Below are positions 10,793 through 21,179 of a stretch of DNA of 64,000 nt, piece after piece; within the stretch, counting starts at the first letter, position 1, and the number at the start of each line of letters is the position of its first letter. A program made the translations under genes and the position numbers. Origin of the DNA: Alphaproteobacteria bacterium (GTDB taxonomy: Bacteria; Pseudomonadota; Alphaproteobacteria; UBA828); NCBI GenBank assembly GCA_965220745.1, contig CBDCQT010000005.1, forward strand, positions 1-64,000, given 5' to 3'. The notes below the pieces were generated by a model. The model did no database searches. It had not been told where the DNA came from and worked only from the letters and a program-made list of their open reading frames with translations.

Positions 10793-11706
10793 CCCTCAAG
10801 ACGCATGTGGAACGCTACATCGAACTCAAACGGCGCCTTGGCTACAAGTACGACGAAGCGGAAAAGCTGCTGCTCGACTACGCGAACTTTGCAGCGAAAC
10901 GGAACGAGGACCTCATGCGGGTCGGAACAATGGTCGATTGGGCGGCCAAAGCGAGTTCACGCAACAGGTCGTGCACCAAGTTGGACGTCGTTCGCATTTT
11001 TGCGACGTTCCTACACGGAGAAGACCAACGTCATGAGGTTCCGCCGCGCGATGTCTTCGGAAGGAAGACAAAGACAAGACCCCGACCGCATCTGCTGAGT
11101 GAAGGTGAGATTCGGCTCGTGATGGACGCCGCGTTGACACTGCGGCCGTTGGGATCGATCACGCCGCACACTTGGCACTACATGATCGGGCTGATCGCCG
11201 TGACGGGTCTACGGGCGTCGGAGGCCCTAAACCTGCGACTTGCCGATGTTGCTGCGGACAGCCTAACCGTGCAGCAGACAAAGTTCGGGAAGAGCCGGAA
11301 GGTTCCGCTGCATGAGGAGACTCGTGCAGCGCTCGACAACTATCTCGACATGAGAAAACGACTAGGAGGAGTGTACGATCATCTCTTCGTACGGGCGGAC
11401 GGCAAGCCGCCGACGTATGCCGTCGCGCGCTATGTGTTCCTCAAACTTCTTCGTCAAACCGGTCTTCGCGCTGGTGGCAACGTGCCGGGCCCGAGCTTGC
11501 ACAGCTTGCGCCATTCCTTCGCCGTGAGATCGCTCGAAAACATACCTGATGGCGCCGATCATAGCAGGCACATGCTTGCCCTTTCGGTCTCCCTTGGTCA
11601 TGCCCAGGTGACCCACACCTACTGGTACATGGAGGCAACTCCGACCCTGCTCAATCAGATCGCGGAAAAAACAGAAAGTGGATACATAGGGAGGATGAAA
11701 AAATGA
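10789..11706 (+). CDS. ritB: RIT tyrosine recombinase B
   Basis: ATGA overlap; GLRASE, KFGKSR, HSLRHS, LGH...TYWY. Confidence 0.87.
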   Translation: MTLKTHVERYIELKRRLGYKYDEAEKLLLDYANFAAKRNEDLMRVGTMVDWAAKASSRNRSCTKLDVVRIFATFLHGEDQRHEVPPRDVFGRKTKTRPRPHLLSEGEIRLVMDAALTLRPLGSITPHTWHYMIGLIAVTGLRASEALNLRLADVAADSLTVQQTKFGKSRKVPLHEETRAALDNYLDMRKRLGGVYDHLFVRADGKPPTYAVARYVFLKLLRQTGLRAGGNVPGPSLHSLRHSFAVRSLENIPDGADHSRHMLALSVSLGHAQVTHTYWYMEATPTLLNQIAEKTESGYIGRMKK

Positions 11707-12704
11707 CAGCGCTGGCGACACATCTGAGTGAGTTCTTGCACCAGCACTTACCGAGAGACAGGCGGGCAAGCAAACATACAGCATCAAGCTATACCGCCAC
11801 CTTCCGGCTACTAAACAGGTACATTAAGGACCAACTCGACGAGGAAGCCTGCTTAGTAGAAATCGAGCAACTTAGCCCACAAACTATCCTGGAGTTCCTT
11901 GACTTCCTCGAGCAAGAACGGGGAAGTGGAGTACGCACGCGCAATGCAAGGCTCGTCGCTATCAAGTCATTCTTCCGCTACCTGGAATACAAGGCTCCAG
12001 CCTGTCTGGAGCAATGCCGGCAGGTTCGTGCAATCCCCGAAAAGCGCGCTGACGAGAAGCTGATAGATTGGTTGACCGGTGAAGAAATGGAGGTGCTTCT
12101 CGCGGTGCCGGACGTCAATACAATCTCTGGGCTTCGCGATCGAGCGATGTTGCTACTTGCGTATACGGCTGGCCTGCGCGTCTCTGAGCTCGTGTCGCTA
12201 AGGCTCGATGATCTCGATCAGCCTGATCTTGACATCGTGCATGTGATGGGAAAGGGACGTCGTGAGCGGATTCTTCCACTCTGGAAGATTACCAAAGAAG
12301 CCTTGGCCAGCTGGCTCGACGTCCGAGAGACCGGTAAAACCGATCACGTTTTTATCAATGCTCGTGGTCGCCCGATAACCCGCCACGGCTTCGCTCATCG
12401 CCTGGCGGTACATACCAAGACTGCTCAGCAGCGGATGCCGTCGATAGGGAGAAAGAATGTAACTCCGCACTCGCTTCGGCACAGTTGCGCGGTCCTCATA
12501 CTCGAGGAGACGGACAATATCGGCTTTGTGTCGCTCTGGCTGGGTCATGCCAGCGCACAGAGCACAGCTATCTATCTGCGAGTGAATCCCAAGAAGGCGT
12601 TCGATGGGGTGGCAGGAGACTTGCCGTCAGAGATCAGGAAGGGCTCGTTCAAGGGCGCTCGCGATCAACTGGAGCAGATTCTCAAGCACGTACCCTGTCC
12701 CTGA
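11703..12704 (+). CDS. ritC: RIT tyrosine recombinase C
   Basis: ATGA overlap; TRNARL, GLRVSE, GKGRRER, HSLRHS, LGH...IY. Confidence 0.87.
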   Translation: MTALATHLSEFLHQHLPRDRRASKHTASSYTATFRLLNRYIKDQLDEEACLVEIEQLSPQTILEFLDFLEQERGSGVRTRNARLVAIKSFFRYLEYKAPACLEQCRQVRAIPEKRADEKLIDWLTGEEMEVLLAVPDVNTISGLRDRAMLLLAYTAGLRVSELVSLRLDDLDQPDLDIVHVMGKGRRERILPLWKITKEALASWLDVRETGKTDHVFINARGRPITRHGFAHRLAVHTKTAQQRMPSIGRKNVTPHSLRHSCAVLILEETDNIGFVSLWLGHASAQSTAIYLRVNPKKAFDGVAGDLPSEIRKGSFKGARDQLEQILKHVPCP

Positions 12705-12786
12705 ATATGTTGAGCGATTCAGCCTCCGGAGCAGGCGCTCCGGGGGCCGTCGCCCCGTCCTCGCCATATCTGCGAGGTCGCGATAT

Positions 12787-12818
12787 TGGGAGCTATGTTG
12801 AGCTCAACATAGCTCCCA
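12787..12818. repeat. perfect 32-bp palindrome at RIT right junction
   Basis: TGGGAGCTATGTTGAG-CTCAACATAGCTCCCA. Confidence 0.95.
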
Positions 12819-13460
12819 GCTCCGGGAGCTCGGGAAAGCATGCTCCTTGGATTCCGGATGAAACTGGCTCAGCAGCTCCGGTTCCAGTTCGATGAAGAAC
12901 AGCACTTCGGGCGCGATCCCGTTCGCCGCGCCCCAGGCGCACCAGTCCCTGGCGTCGACCCGGATCTCCAGATGGACGAACCGGTTGGCGAGCGGCGTCG
13001 GCATGCGGTGGACGATGCCGCGGTCGTTCTCGCGGTTGCTGCAGGCGATGATCGAGGCGCCCTCGGGCAGCTCGTACTCGCCGCATTTGCGCTCCAGGCT
13101 GAGCTGGTAGAGTGCGGCCTGCACCATCGGCACGCAGGAGGCCAGCTCTTCAAGATTGAGGAGCCACAATGCGGTGCTGGCGGTGGGCGGCAGGAATACC
13201 GGCGGCGCCCATCGCGTGCGGCCGTCCTCGTCGCGCCAGGGGATGCCCCTCAGGTCGACGGGATCGAGCAGCAGCGCGCGGATGTCGACGTAGTTGTAGC
13301 CATGGTCGCTGGCGACCTGCCGGGCGATCATCGACTTGGCCGCGCCGGGCGGTCCCCAGACCAGGGTCGGCTGGCGGGCCTTGACCAGGGTGGCGAGCAC
13401 CTCGGCGAGCTCGCTCGGGCGCAGCGTGTAGTCGGCGGAGATGGTCTCGGGAAGCGTCAT
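12813..13460 (-). pseudogene. MoxR/CbbQ-like AAA+ ATPase, N-terminal part
   Basis: Walker A-like GPPGAAKS, DLRGIP, LNLEEL, ACSNR, LANRF, AFPSSRSWE then RIT. Confidence 0.87.
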
Positions 13461-13739
13461 GGGCATGCTCCGGAATTGCGGGAAAGCGGCGCGGGCCACG
13501 CCCTCCGGGCGCCCGGCCTTCGCCCGGCCGGCAGCGCCGCTCCACTCGTCGTGTCCGGAGGCATGGAGTGGAAGCCCGCTGCAGGGCGGCGGCGGGGTGC
13601 GCGCCGCCGAAATCAGGCGCGGTCAAGGCCGGCCGGATCGTTGTGGCGGGCGGTTGCCGGGGAGACGCCGGTCAGTTCCGGCAGGGGGCGCCCAGAAGGC
13701 GACAGCGTGTGGCCGATGCGGCGCTCAGCCACGAGCCGG

Positions 13740-13882
13740 CAGTGGGGAACGATCCGAGACAGCAGGATCGTCATTGCCTGAGAGTCCTTGCCGCCCGAGT
13801 GATTGATGGCGACGAGGGCGCCGGCCCGTATCAGCTTCCGGCATCGCGGCGGCACGGGAAATTCGGCGATGCGGCAGGACAT
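13740..13882 (-). pseudogene. PAPS-reductase-family N-terminal fragment
   Basis: VAINHSGGKDSQAM PP-loop motif, similarity lost after about 47 codons. Confidence 0.65.
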
Positions 13883-14230
13883 GGGTCGGTCTCCCCGGCG
13901 TTGGCGCGAGAGGTCGCTCCGCGGCCCCGGAAGGTGCCCCGCCGAGGCCGGCCTCTGCCTCCCGCCGGCGCCGTGCGGCGAGACGGCGACGGGGAGACTC
14001 GCGGTCCGGCTGAGTCCGGATTGACCGAAGGGAATTGGAAGGGCGCCGCGCGATCGTTGCGAGGCGCGGCGCGGGAGAAGTATCGTCGTCCGGGCTCGGC
14101 GCGTACCGGAACTAAGGCTGGCCAAAAGATAATCACTGGCGCATGCTGGACCCTTATGAGTCGCGAACGGCAGGCGTCGCACCAACCAAGTCTATCTGCA
14201 CATTTGAACCGCTAACGGAGCTACACAGAA

Positions 14231-15871
14231 ATGAGTTCGACGTTCACCTTTTCGATACCGGTGAAAACACAAAAGGACGTGAGTGTTGCTATACCTTGCG
14301 GCAGTTCTGCGATATTCGTTGGTGCTAACGGAGGCGGAAAGACAAGGCTCTCAGTTTACATTGAACAACAATTGGAACTGAAGGCACACAGGATTTCGGC
14401 ACACCGAGCATTGACGCTGAATCCCGATGTAGCAAAAATTAGTGAAAAGAAGGCATTAATGGGTTTACGTACTGGAAACCCAAGAGAGAGCGCTAACGTT
14501 CACCATAGAGAGGGACATCGATGGGGCTCGCAAAGTGCCGTGAACCTGCTAAATGACTTCGACTATCTTGTCCAGGCACTATTTGCTGAACAGTCAAACA
14601 CCTCTCTTATTGCGTACAATCATTATAAGCCAGGAAGAAGACGACCAAAGAGTAAATTTCAACTTACAATGTTTGATAAGCTAAACAAAATTTGGCGTCG
14701 ACTGCTGCCACGGAGATTGCTCCACATTACGGGTGACGATATCCAAGTTTCGATACCGACGCATAAAGATACGTATAAGGCATCGGAAATGAGTGATGGG
14801 GAAAGAGCCATTTTCTATTTGATTGGCCAAGTCTTGGTCGCTGATAGGGATTCCATGTTAATCATTGATGAACCAGAATTGCACGTTCACCGATCCATAA
14901 TGGCAAGACTGTGGGACGAATTGGAAGCCGCACGGCCCGATTGTGCATTCGTATTCATTACCCATGACCTTGAGTTTGCAGCCACACGAGCGGGCAGAAA
15001 ATACATATTGAGCAACTATAGAGCAGATCCTTATTGGGATATTCAAGAGGTACCTGAAGACTCTGAATTCGATGAAGAAGTTACAACTCTAATACTTGGG
15101 AGTCGAAGACCGATTTTGTTTGTGGAGGGTGACAGTAATAGTTTGGACATCGCCATGTACAGATGTTGCTATCCTAGTTGGACAATTATACCCCGAGGAT
15201 CGTGTGCAGAAGTGGTCCATGCAACCGTCACTATGCGAAGGAATGCTTTTTTGTCGCGCGTGAGGTGTTGTGGGGTCGTGGATGCAGATTACTATGAACA
15301 AGATGACAAGGACTATTTGAACCGTCTTGGAATAACCATTTTACCTGTAGCGGAGATCGAAAATGTTGTGCTCCTCCCAGAAGTTGCTCGGGCTATATTG
15401 AGGGTCGAGGGATATAGCGGATCAGAAGTGGAGGAGATGTTAGAAAGGTTAATCGACGCGATATTAGAAAGGGTGGGCTCGCCAGAAGAGATGGAACGGT
15501 TGAGAGTTCGATATTGTAAAAGGTGCGTTGATAAGGAGTTAAAGAGTAGCGCCTTCAACGAAGCGGTAACCGTTGAAGAGCTCGAAGAAGAAGTAAGATT
15601 AGGGCTAGAACAGCTGGATGTACGGGCAATGGCGGATCGTGTCACAAGAAAGTTACGAAAGGCGATTGATTCCAGGAACCTTGAGGAGGTGTTGGTCTAC
15701 TGCGATGATAAGGCTCTCTTAGCGTTGGCGGCTTCGCATTTGAAGAAATGTCGTAAAGTAGAGTTTGTGGAGTGGCTAACAAGAATCTTGCGAAATGATA
15801 GAGATAACCGTGTGGCCGTTGCAGTTAGGGCACAACTACCTAAGATGCCACCGGCGAAGGAGACTTCATAG
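14231..15871 (+). CDS. ABC-type ATPase fused to DUF4435/TOPRIM-like domain, putative anti-phage protein
   Basis: GANGGGKT, MSDGER, IIDEPELH, ITHD, then LFVEGD and GVVDAD; AT-rich. Confidence 0.8.
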   Translation: MSSTFTFSIPVKTQKDVSVAIPCGSSAIFVGANGGGKTRLSVYIEQQLELKAHRISAHRALTLNPDVAKISEKKALMGLRTGNPRESANVHHREGHRWGSQSAVNLLNDFDYLVQALFAEQSNTSLIAYNHYKPGRRRPKSKFQLTMFDKLNKIWRRLLPRRLLHITGDDIQVSIPTHKDTYKASEMSDGERAIFYLIGQVLVADRDSMLIIDEPELHVHRSIMARLWDELEAARPDCAFVFITHDLEFAATRAGRKYILSNYRADPYWDIQEVPEDSEFDEEVTTLILGSRRPILFVEGDSNSLDIAMYRCCYPSWTIIPRGSCAEVVHATVTMRRNAFLSRVRCCGVVDADYYEQDDKDYLNRLGITILPVAEIENVVLLPEVARAILRVEGYSGSEVEEMLERLIDAILERVGSPEEMERLRVRYCKRCVDKELKSSAFNEAVTVEELEEEVRLGLEQLDVRAMADRVTRKLRKAIDSRNLEEVLVYCDDKALLALAASHLKKCRKVEFVEWLTRILRNDRDNRVAVAVRAQLPKMPPAKETS

Positions 15872-15949
15872 AGTTGCAGACGAGGGCTCAACTCTGGCCG
15901 CGGCGTGGTGCGACGGACGTTAAGTGGCGGACCGGGTGGCTTGATGGGC

Positions 15950-16200
15950 ATATGCAGTCGAAGTAAGTGCGCACCGTTAGGGAAATGCTGGGCTTTGGCA
16001 TAACGGGTCCCGGTGGCGGGGAGCCCAGAAGTCTGTCTTACGCTCGGGTTGACGCCAGCCACGTGGAGGGTGCGCCGCCCGGGGCGCGGGAGCCGCAAGT
16101 CGCGGCTGTTCGACGGCTCCGGCCGTGTGTGGCACGCGCGCCGCAACCATGTGTATAGATTGATCGGCACGCGTCCGACACCGGACCACGGAAACAGTTT
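15950..16200 (-). pseudogene. possible degenerate IS110 transposase remnant
   Basis: VAGVNPSVRQTSG resembles the IS110 GLNPSVRQSG motif; limits approximate. Confidence 0.3.
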
Positions 16201-16381
16201 GCCCGAGCGCGCCCACTGCGGGCACAGCCGGGCCGAACGGGTGGCTGCCGCCGGTCCGCAGCCCGTCTCCGCCAGATCCAAGCTTAGCAGACTGCGACGG
16301 CCGGATGCATCGTCGCAGCACGCGAAACGGCGGGGAAATTTGCTAAGCCCTCTAGTGTCGGTCGCATGGTGAAGACTGAAG

Positions 16382-18355
16382 TCAGCGCCGTGATTTCAGC
16401 AACGCATTGGCTCGACCGAAGAGTGCTTCAAATCTGTCTTTTGTCTCGTCGGATACGCGCGGCCACAATGCATCAATGTTCTCATGGAAGTGCCGGGCTG
16501 GACGGTAATGGCCAAATTTTCCGGATTTGAATGGATTGTTGGAAATGAACTCTTCAAGAACCCGCAAAATCCTCGGCATGTGCGCATTAAGCAGAGGTTT
16601 CGCGATGGGTTCCTCCAATTCTTTCACAAATTCGTCGTTAACAAGAGAGATGTAAAAATCCCTATCAAAAAGATCCTCAATATCAGCCTCATCGGGTTCG
16701 ACAAACTCGGCGTAGGTCATCACGTTCTTTTTTGCCAGGAGTTTCTTCTTGTACAGTTCGGCAATGACCGGGCGATCACTAGCTTGAACGTCCAGCAGAG
16801 TTGCGACGTTCAAGCCGTGCTGGGGCGCCAAGAGCGCCACATAGGTTGGAACCTTGCCGCTACCGCCGACCGGGGTCAGAGTCCACTTTTCGGATAGGCC
16901 GGTGCGGCCCTCCCGTTCGAGTTGGGCGGATATTGCTCGCAGGTATAGCAGGTCTGACGCGCCTTCGAGCACCAGAGAGTTGGGGCCGATAAATAGCGTT
17001 TGGTGAATATCGTATCCAAGAGCACCTTGTAGAGGAAACAGGCTGTCGTCGGTTGCATCGAAGACATTGGTCAGGACCTTGGTGCCATCACGCTCCTTGG
17101 GCAGTTGTTCATTGGAATCAATTCCGAGGTCCTGCACGATGCGAATTCGCTCGAACTTGCGCGGATCTATCATGAAGGGCGAATGTGTCGAATAGATGAG
17201 CTGATGTTGGGCGAGCTCCTCATCGAAATAGTTGAGCAGGTCGCTTTGCGCGCGACCGTGGAGAGAAAGTCCCGGCTCGTCAAGCAAAAGAATGACGTTC
17301 TGTTTCTGCCGCTTGACATCTTCGTACCAAGCAAGAAACGAGAAGAACCATATGAATCCGCGCGAACGTGTTGCTAACGGGGTATGTGCCCAATGAACTG
17401 AATCGTATACCTCTCCCCAGACATTGATACCCGACTGCATGCCCTCCGGATCGTGTTGCTTGGCCTCGCGGACATCGAACTTCATCTGAATGTGCTTGTT
17501 CTGCGACCAGTAAGTGACAATGCGTCGTGTCAGATGATTTCCAGCACCTTCGAGCCTGTTCTTCAATTCAGTGGTATTCTGTGTTTCCACCAACTCACGC
17601 AGGTTGAGTCTTGCAAGATTGATAAGTCCAATAAGCGGGCGATCCGATTCCTCAAGTTGTTTGGTTTCTTGGCGCTGAATCAAAGCATCGAGGTTATCTC
17701 GCCCTTTCATCTGGTAGTATTCGTCAAAGTACAAAAACTTAGGCGCGCTTGGCCACAACAAAGAATTGAAGATGTAGTACGCTAAGTCGTTCTTTGTTAC
17801 TTTCTTGACTAATTCCTTACATGCGTTGATGGCGTCATTCGATTCGGCGTCAACGAGGGCTTGTTCGAAAGCTTGCCAATCAGCAGCAGCTTTCAGGGTT
17901 GTTTGCAACTCATCGGGGAATTCGGAATTACTGGCGAGGTGATTGCGTGCCTCTTGATCGTCGGCGACGGGGTAAAATACGCTCCTTCGTTTACCGTAGT
18001 ATGTCTTTCGGCGGAATGTATCGCTGTTCAGAACCTTGGTGCCGAACACGCCGGCCACGGCGGCCTTATCTTTGGCCTCTAGTTCGTAAAGGCAATCGAC
18101 AACAACCGCCTCAGAACGTTCCTTATTTTCAACCGCGAAGCGATAGTCTTCCACTTCGCGCTTTGGATAGTCATAGGTGGGGTCGAATCCGCTGTCCTCG
18201 GGAATGATGGGATTGGTTCTGTAGAGGGCGGTGAGCAATGCGGTCTTGCCAGATTCGTTCTTGCCGACCAGACAGGTGACTAGATCGTCTACTTCGATGG
18301 GGCCGGAATCCCAGATACTTCTGAATTCCCTGACAGTGAATTCCCTGAGTTTCAT
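16382..18355 (-). CDS. OLD-family ATP-dependent nuclease (ABC ATPase plus TOPRIM)
   Basis: FRSI, GKNESGKT, RSRGF, LLDEPGLSLH, STHSPF, LVLEGASD, DIEDLF. Confidence 0.85.
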   Translation of the reverse strand: MKLREFTVREFRSIWDSGPIEVDDLVTCLVGKNESGKTALLTALYRTNPIIPEDSGFDPTYDYPKREVEDYRFAVENKERSEAVVVDCLYELEAKDKAAVAGVFGTKVLNSDTFRRKTYYGKRRSVFYPVADDQEARNHLASNSEFPDELQTTLKAAADWQAFEQALVDAESNDAINACKELVKKVTKNDLAYYIFNSLLWPSAPKFLYFDEYYQMKGRDNLDALIQRQETKQLEESDRPLIGLINLARLNLRELVETQNTTELKNRLEGAGNHLTRRIVTYWSQNKHIQMKFDVREAKQHDPEGMQSGINVWGEVYDSVHWAHTPLATRSRGFIWFFSFLAWYEDVKRQKQNVILLLDEPGLSLHGRAQSDLLNYFDEELAQHQLIYSTHSPFMIDPRKFERIRIVQDLGIDSNEQLPKERDGTKVLTNVFDATDDSLFPLQGALGYDIHQTLFIGPNSLVLEGASDLLYLRAISAQLEREGRTGLSEKWTLTPVGGSGKVPTYVALLAPQHGLNVATLLDVQASDRPVIAELYKKKLLAKKNVMTYAEFVEPDEADIEDLFDRDFYISLVNDEFVKELEEPIAKPLLNAHMPRILRVLEEFISNNPFKSGKFGHYRPARHFHENIDALWPRVSDETKDRFEALFGRANALLKSRR

Positions 18356-18620
18356 TGTTCGACCCTTTCCTTCAATCCGAGAAATGGCTTACCGGTGCAG
18401 TGAATGAGATGGGCTGGCGCGTCAGCACACCACACTTCCGTGTCCCACGAAATGTCCCGGAGATGATCGGTCATCATGGTTCTGCTCGGAAATTGGATCA
18501 CGTATGCGAGGCGCGGCGTGGCGTTTTGGAAGAATCCAGCAAGCTGGTTGGGCGGCATGCCGGCCGGCGGTGCGTGGCTCGTAACGGATTCGACAATGGG
18601 AAGCCAGTCTTTGGCGGCGA
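18352..18620 (-). pseudogene. BsuBI/PstI-family restriction endonuclease C-terminal remnant
   Basis: VESVTSH...ISWDTEVWCADAPAHLIH...FLG matches the family C-terminus, degenerate. Confidence 0.7.
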
Positions 18621-18814
18621 GCCCGTCGTCGTACTCGGTCAGCCGGTCCGACCGGGCAATCTTGTCGGCGACGTTGGGCGTGGGGTCTTGATGGGGCATC
18701 GGGATCTCCCATTTTGCCCAACAAGCGTCTCGGAGCCGACGAGCTTCTCTGAGAATCGGGCGGGCAGACAGTAACCGATGGCGCTGCGCCGGGTCCATGC
18801 GTCGCAGCGGTATG

Positions 18815-18910
18815 CGAGTCGGCATGTCGCCTCAGGACTCGAGTGATTGCGGTCTGATAGCCCCGGCCATCAGGATGCTGGCGCTTGAACCACGCGTGCG
18901 CATTCACGAC
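18815..18910 (-). pseudogene. BrnA-like antitoxin C-terminal fragment
   Basis: WFKRQ...GRGYQTAITRVLR; 5' part lost at IS5 end. Confidence 0.45.
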
Positions 18911-18913
18911 TTT

Positions 18914-19385
18914 AGAGCCTGTGCGGAAACTATTGAGCGGCCCCGATCCTGGCTCCTACGATGTGGTTAGCAGCTACATCAGGAGGATGCCGTGGCTTGG
19001 ACCAAGACCGCTCGTGCGGAGTATAGGCGTCGGGGGAAGCGCTTCGAGAGCGATCTGACGGACGCGGAATGGGCTCGCCTCGCGCCCCTGCTTCCGCCGC
19101 CGTCGTCGACGGGCCGTCCCCGTCAGGTGGAGTTGCGCGAAGTGGTGAATGCGCTGCTGTACCAGTTGATGACGGGTTGCCAGTGGCGAGCGTTACCGCC
19201 TTGTTTTCCAGCGGCTTCGACGGTCCGGTATTACTTTTATCGGTGGCGTGACCAGGGCCTGTATGGGGACCTTGTGGCGGCGTTGCGGGGTCCGGTGCGG
19301 GAACTGGAGGGCCGGCGTTCAACGGCAACGGCGGGGGCGATCGACAGCCAAAGCGTGAAGAGCACGGAGAGCGGCGGCCCGGCGG
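18914..19385 (+). mobile_element. truncated IS5-family element (DUF4096 transposase N-half, ATG/GTG 18992)
   Basis: SDLTDAEW, TGCQWRALP, AIDSQSVK, ends after ESGGP. Confidence 0.85.
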
Positions 19386-20003
19386 CCTTGGCGGCGGTGC
19401 AGGACGCGCAGTAGGCTGCGCCGCCGTCGGTGGGCGCCCGGCACTTGACGCAGACCCCGGCGGGCGGGAACGATGTCGCCGTCCGCGCGGGCCCGGAAGC
19501 GCTCGACCACATAGCGGTCGTCGGCCAGGCCGGTGCCGAAGAAATGGACCAGAAAGGTCTCCGCCGTGTTGCCGGGCATCGCCATGGCTGCCGTCATGGT
19601 GCCGTCTCCTTCGTGCCGATGAGGGAAAACGGCGGCCGGACGCCCTCCCCCGGACGCCCGACCGCCGCCCCGCTCACGGCCCCTCTCTCACTCTCGGCGG
19701 CGCGACCGCGCGGACGTGGACTGCATCACGGGTCAGGCGGATGGCACGGCAAGGGTTCGAGCCGGTCTGGACGACGGAGAGTTGACCGACTCGGCGGAGT
19801 GGAGCATGCAGGTGGAATGAGCAGGCGGATCGGGGGGGGGCTTGGTTCGTGCCTGGATGCCGGCGTCAGCACTGCCGTCGCTGAGCATCACAGACGCGGC
19901 AGCTCCGGAGGGGAGCACGCTCGCGTTACCCACGGCTATCAGGGGACGCTTCAGCTGCTGTAGCATGGTTGGGGGAAGCAACCCAACAAGAAGGAAATGC
20001 AGA

Positions 20004-20927
20004 ATGGCTCCATCCGTATTCGTCTCTTACTCGCACGACAGTGAAGATCACAAGGCGTGGGTGTTGCAGTTGGCCACGCGGTTGCGTCACAACGGGGTGA
20101 ATACGATATTGGATCGATGGAACCTTGACCTAGGAAAAGACGTGGCTGCATTTATCGAAAGGGGACTATCTGAATCTAATCGTGTGCTGTGCATTTGCAC
20201 AGAGACTTACGTCCGAAAGGCTAACGTGAAGGAAGGTGGCGTGGGATATGAGAAAAGGATAATGACGGCAGAAATAATGGCCGATCTAGATACGGATTGG
20301 GTGATCCCGGTAATTCGCGACAATACAGGGAGTGATCTGGTGCCGACCTTTCTGGGAGGTTGCCTCTATGTGGATTTTCGGGATGATCTAAAGTATGAAG
20401 AAAAATATGAAGAACTGCTTCGCTCTCTATTGGATGAGCCCATTCTACCGGTTCCCCCAATAGGCGATAATCCGTTTGAAACGATCAAACAATTCTCGCG
20501 GCAGAAGTTCATACCAAGTTCAGAAAAATATGTCTCTCCTTCGCCCAAGGGGCGCGTCACGTTTGACTATTCCAACAACAACGGCCGCTATTGCATAGGC
20601 AGCGGTGAACATATGTTTGAAATTGATTTGAGCAAGTCGAGTGACCGGAATATACAGCTTCTTCACGATCCGAGTAGTATTCGCACTGTCGCAATCGTTA
20701 AGGACTGTAGTGAAATTGAAGACGTCGTTGACGCTCGCAAATATGATGGCTCTTCGAGGGTCCGCCGTCCCAACGTTGGACAGGTGGCCGTGTTGCAAAA
20801 TGAGAATGGATATTGGGCAGCAATTAAGGTGCTGGGAATCAAGGACGATACTAGAAATGATGACCATGATGAGGTGACCTTCGACTATGTCATACAGACG
20901 AACGGTTCTCCCAGCTTTGTTCGCTGA
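20004..20927 (+). CDS. TIR/SEFIR-domain protein with C-terminal beta-rich domain
   Basis: VFVSYSHDS, ILDRW, GGVGYE (catalytic Glu position), YVDF; AAGGA RBS; AT-rich. Confidence 0.85.
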   Translation: MAPSVFVSYSHDSEDHKAWVLQLATRLRHNGVNTILDRWNLDLGKDVAAFIERGLSESNRVLCICTETYVRKANVKEGGVGYEKRIMTAEIMADLDTDWVIPVIRDNTGSDLVPTFLGGCLYVDFRDDLKYEEKYEELLRSLLDEPILPVPPIGDNPFETIKQFSRQKFIPSSEKYVSPSPKGRVTFDYSNNNGRYCIGSGEHMFEIDLSKSSDRNIQLLHDPSSIRTVAIVKDCSEIEDVVDARKYDGSSRVRRPNVGQVAVLQNENGYWAAIKVLGIKDDTRNDDHDEVTFDYVIQTNGSPSFVR

Positions 20928-21179
20928 CTGCGGTTCCGTCGTGACTGTAGGGTGTTGTAGGAACATGACTGACCGCCAGAGCGATTATCGAGGTGCAATG
21001 CGATGACTGAGCAATAAAGGAATTGGGCTCTGGCAGCGACGCACGAGGGGACGTTCGGTCTAGCCGGGGCTGGGCCGCTCGGCGCAGGTCGGCGCGGGAT
21101 GCCAGGATGCAGCAGCCACAACTCAGCCTCGACATGCCTGTCAACGGCGGCGGCGTAGCCTCAAGGCGGGGTCTTCGTG

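Larger units (their letters stand above)
9102..12818 (+). mobile_element. RIT element (recombinases in trio)
   Basis: three overlapping tyrosine recombinases, 89-bp imperfect inverted ends (9102-9190 and 12704-12792), CTCCCA at both junctions, lower GC than flanks. Confidence 0.9.

Noticed and set aside
15820-16005. integron attC after the ATPase gene (GTTAGGG, GCATAAC)
   Set aside because: Core sites in wrong order, no pairing arms, no IntI
19385-19597. small Zn-ribbon gene (CVKC...YCASC)
   Set aside because: Split over two frames and cut by IS5; cannot be assigned
20004-20927. Thoeris or CBASS system
   Set aside because: No ThsA effector or cyclase in the window
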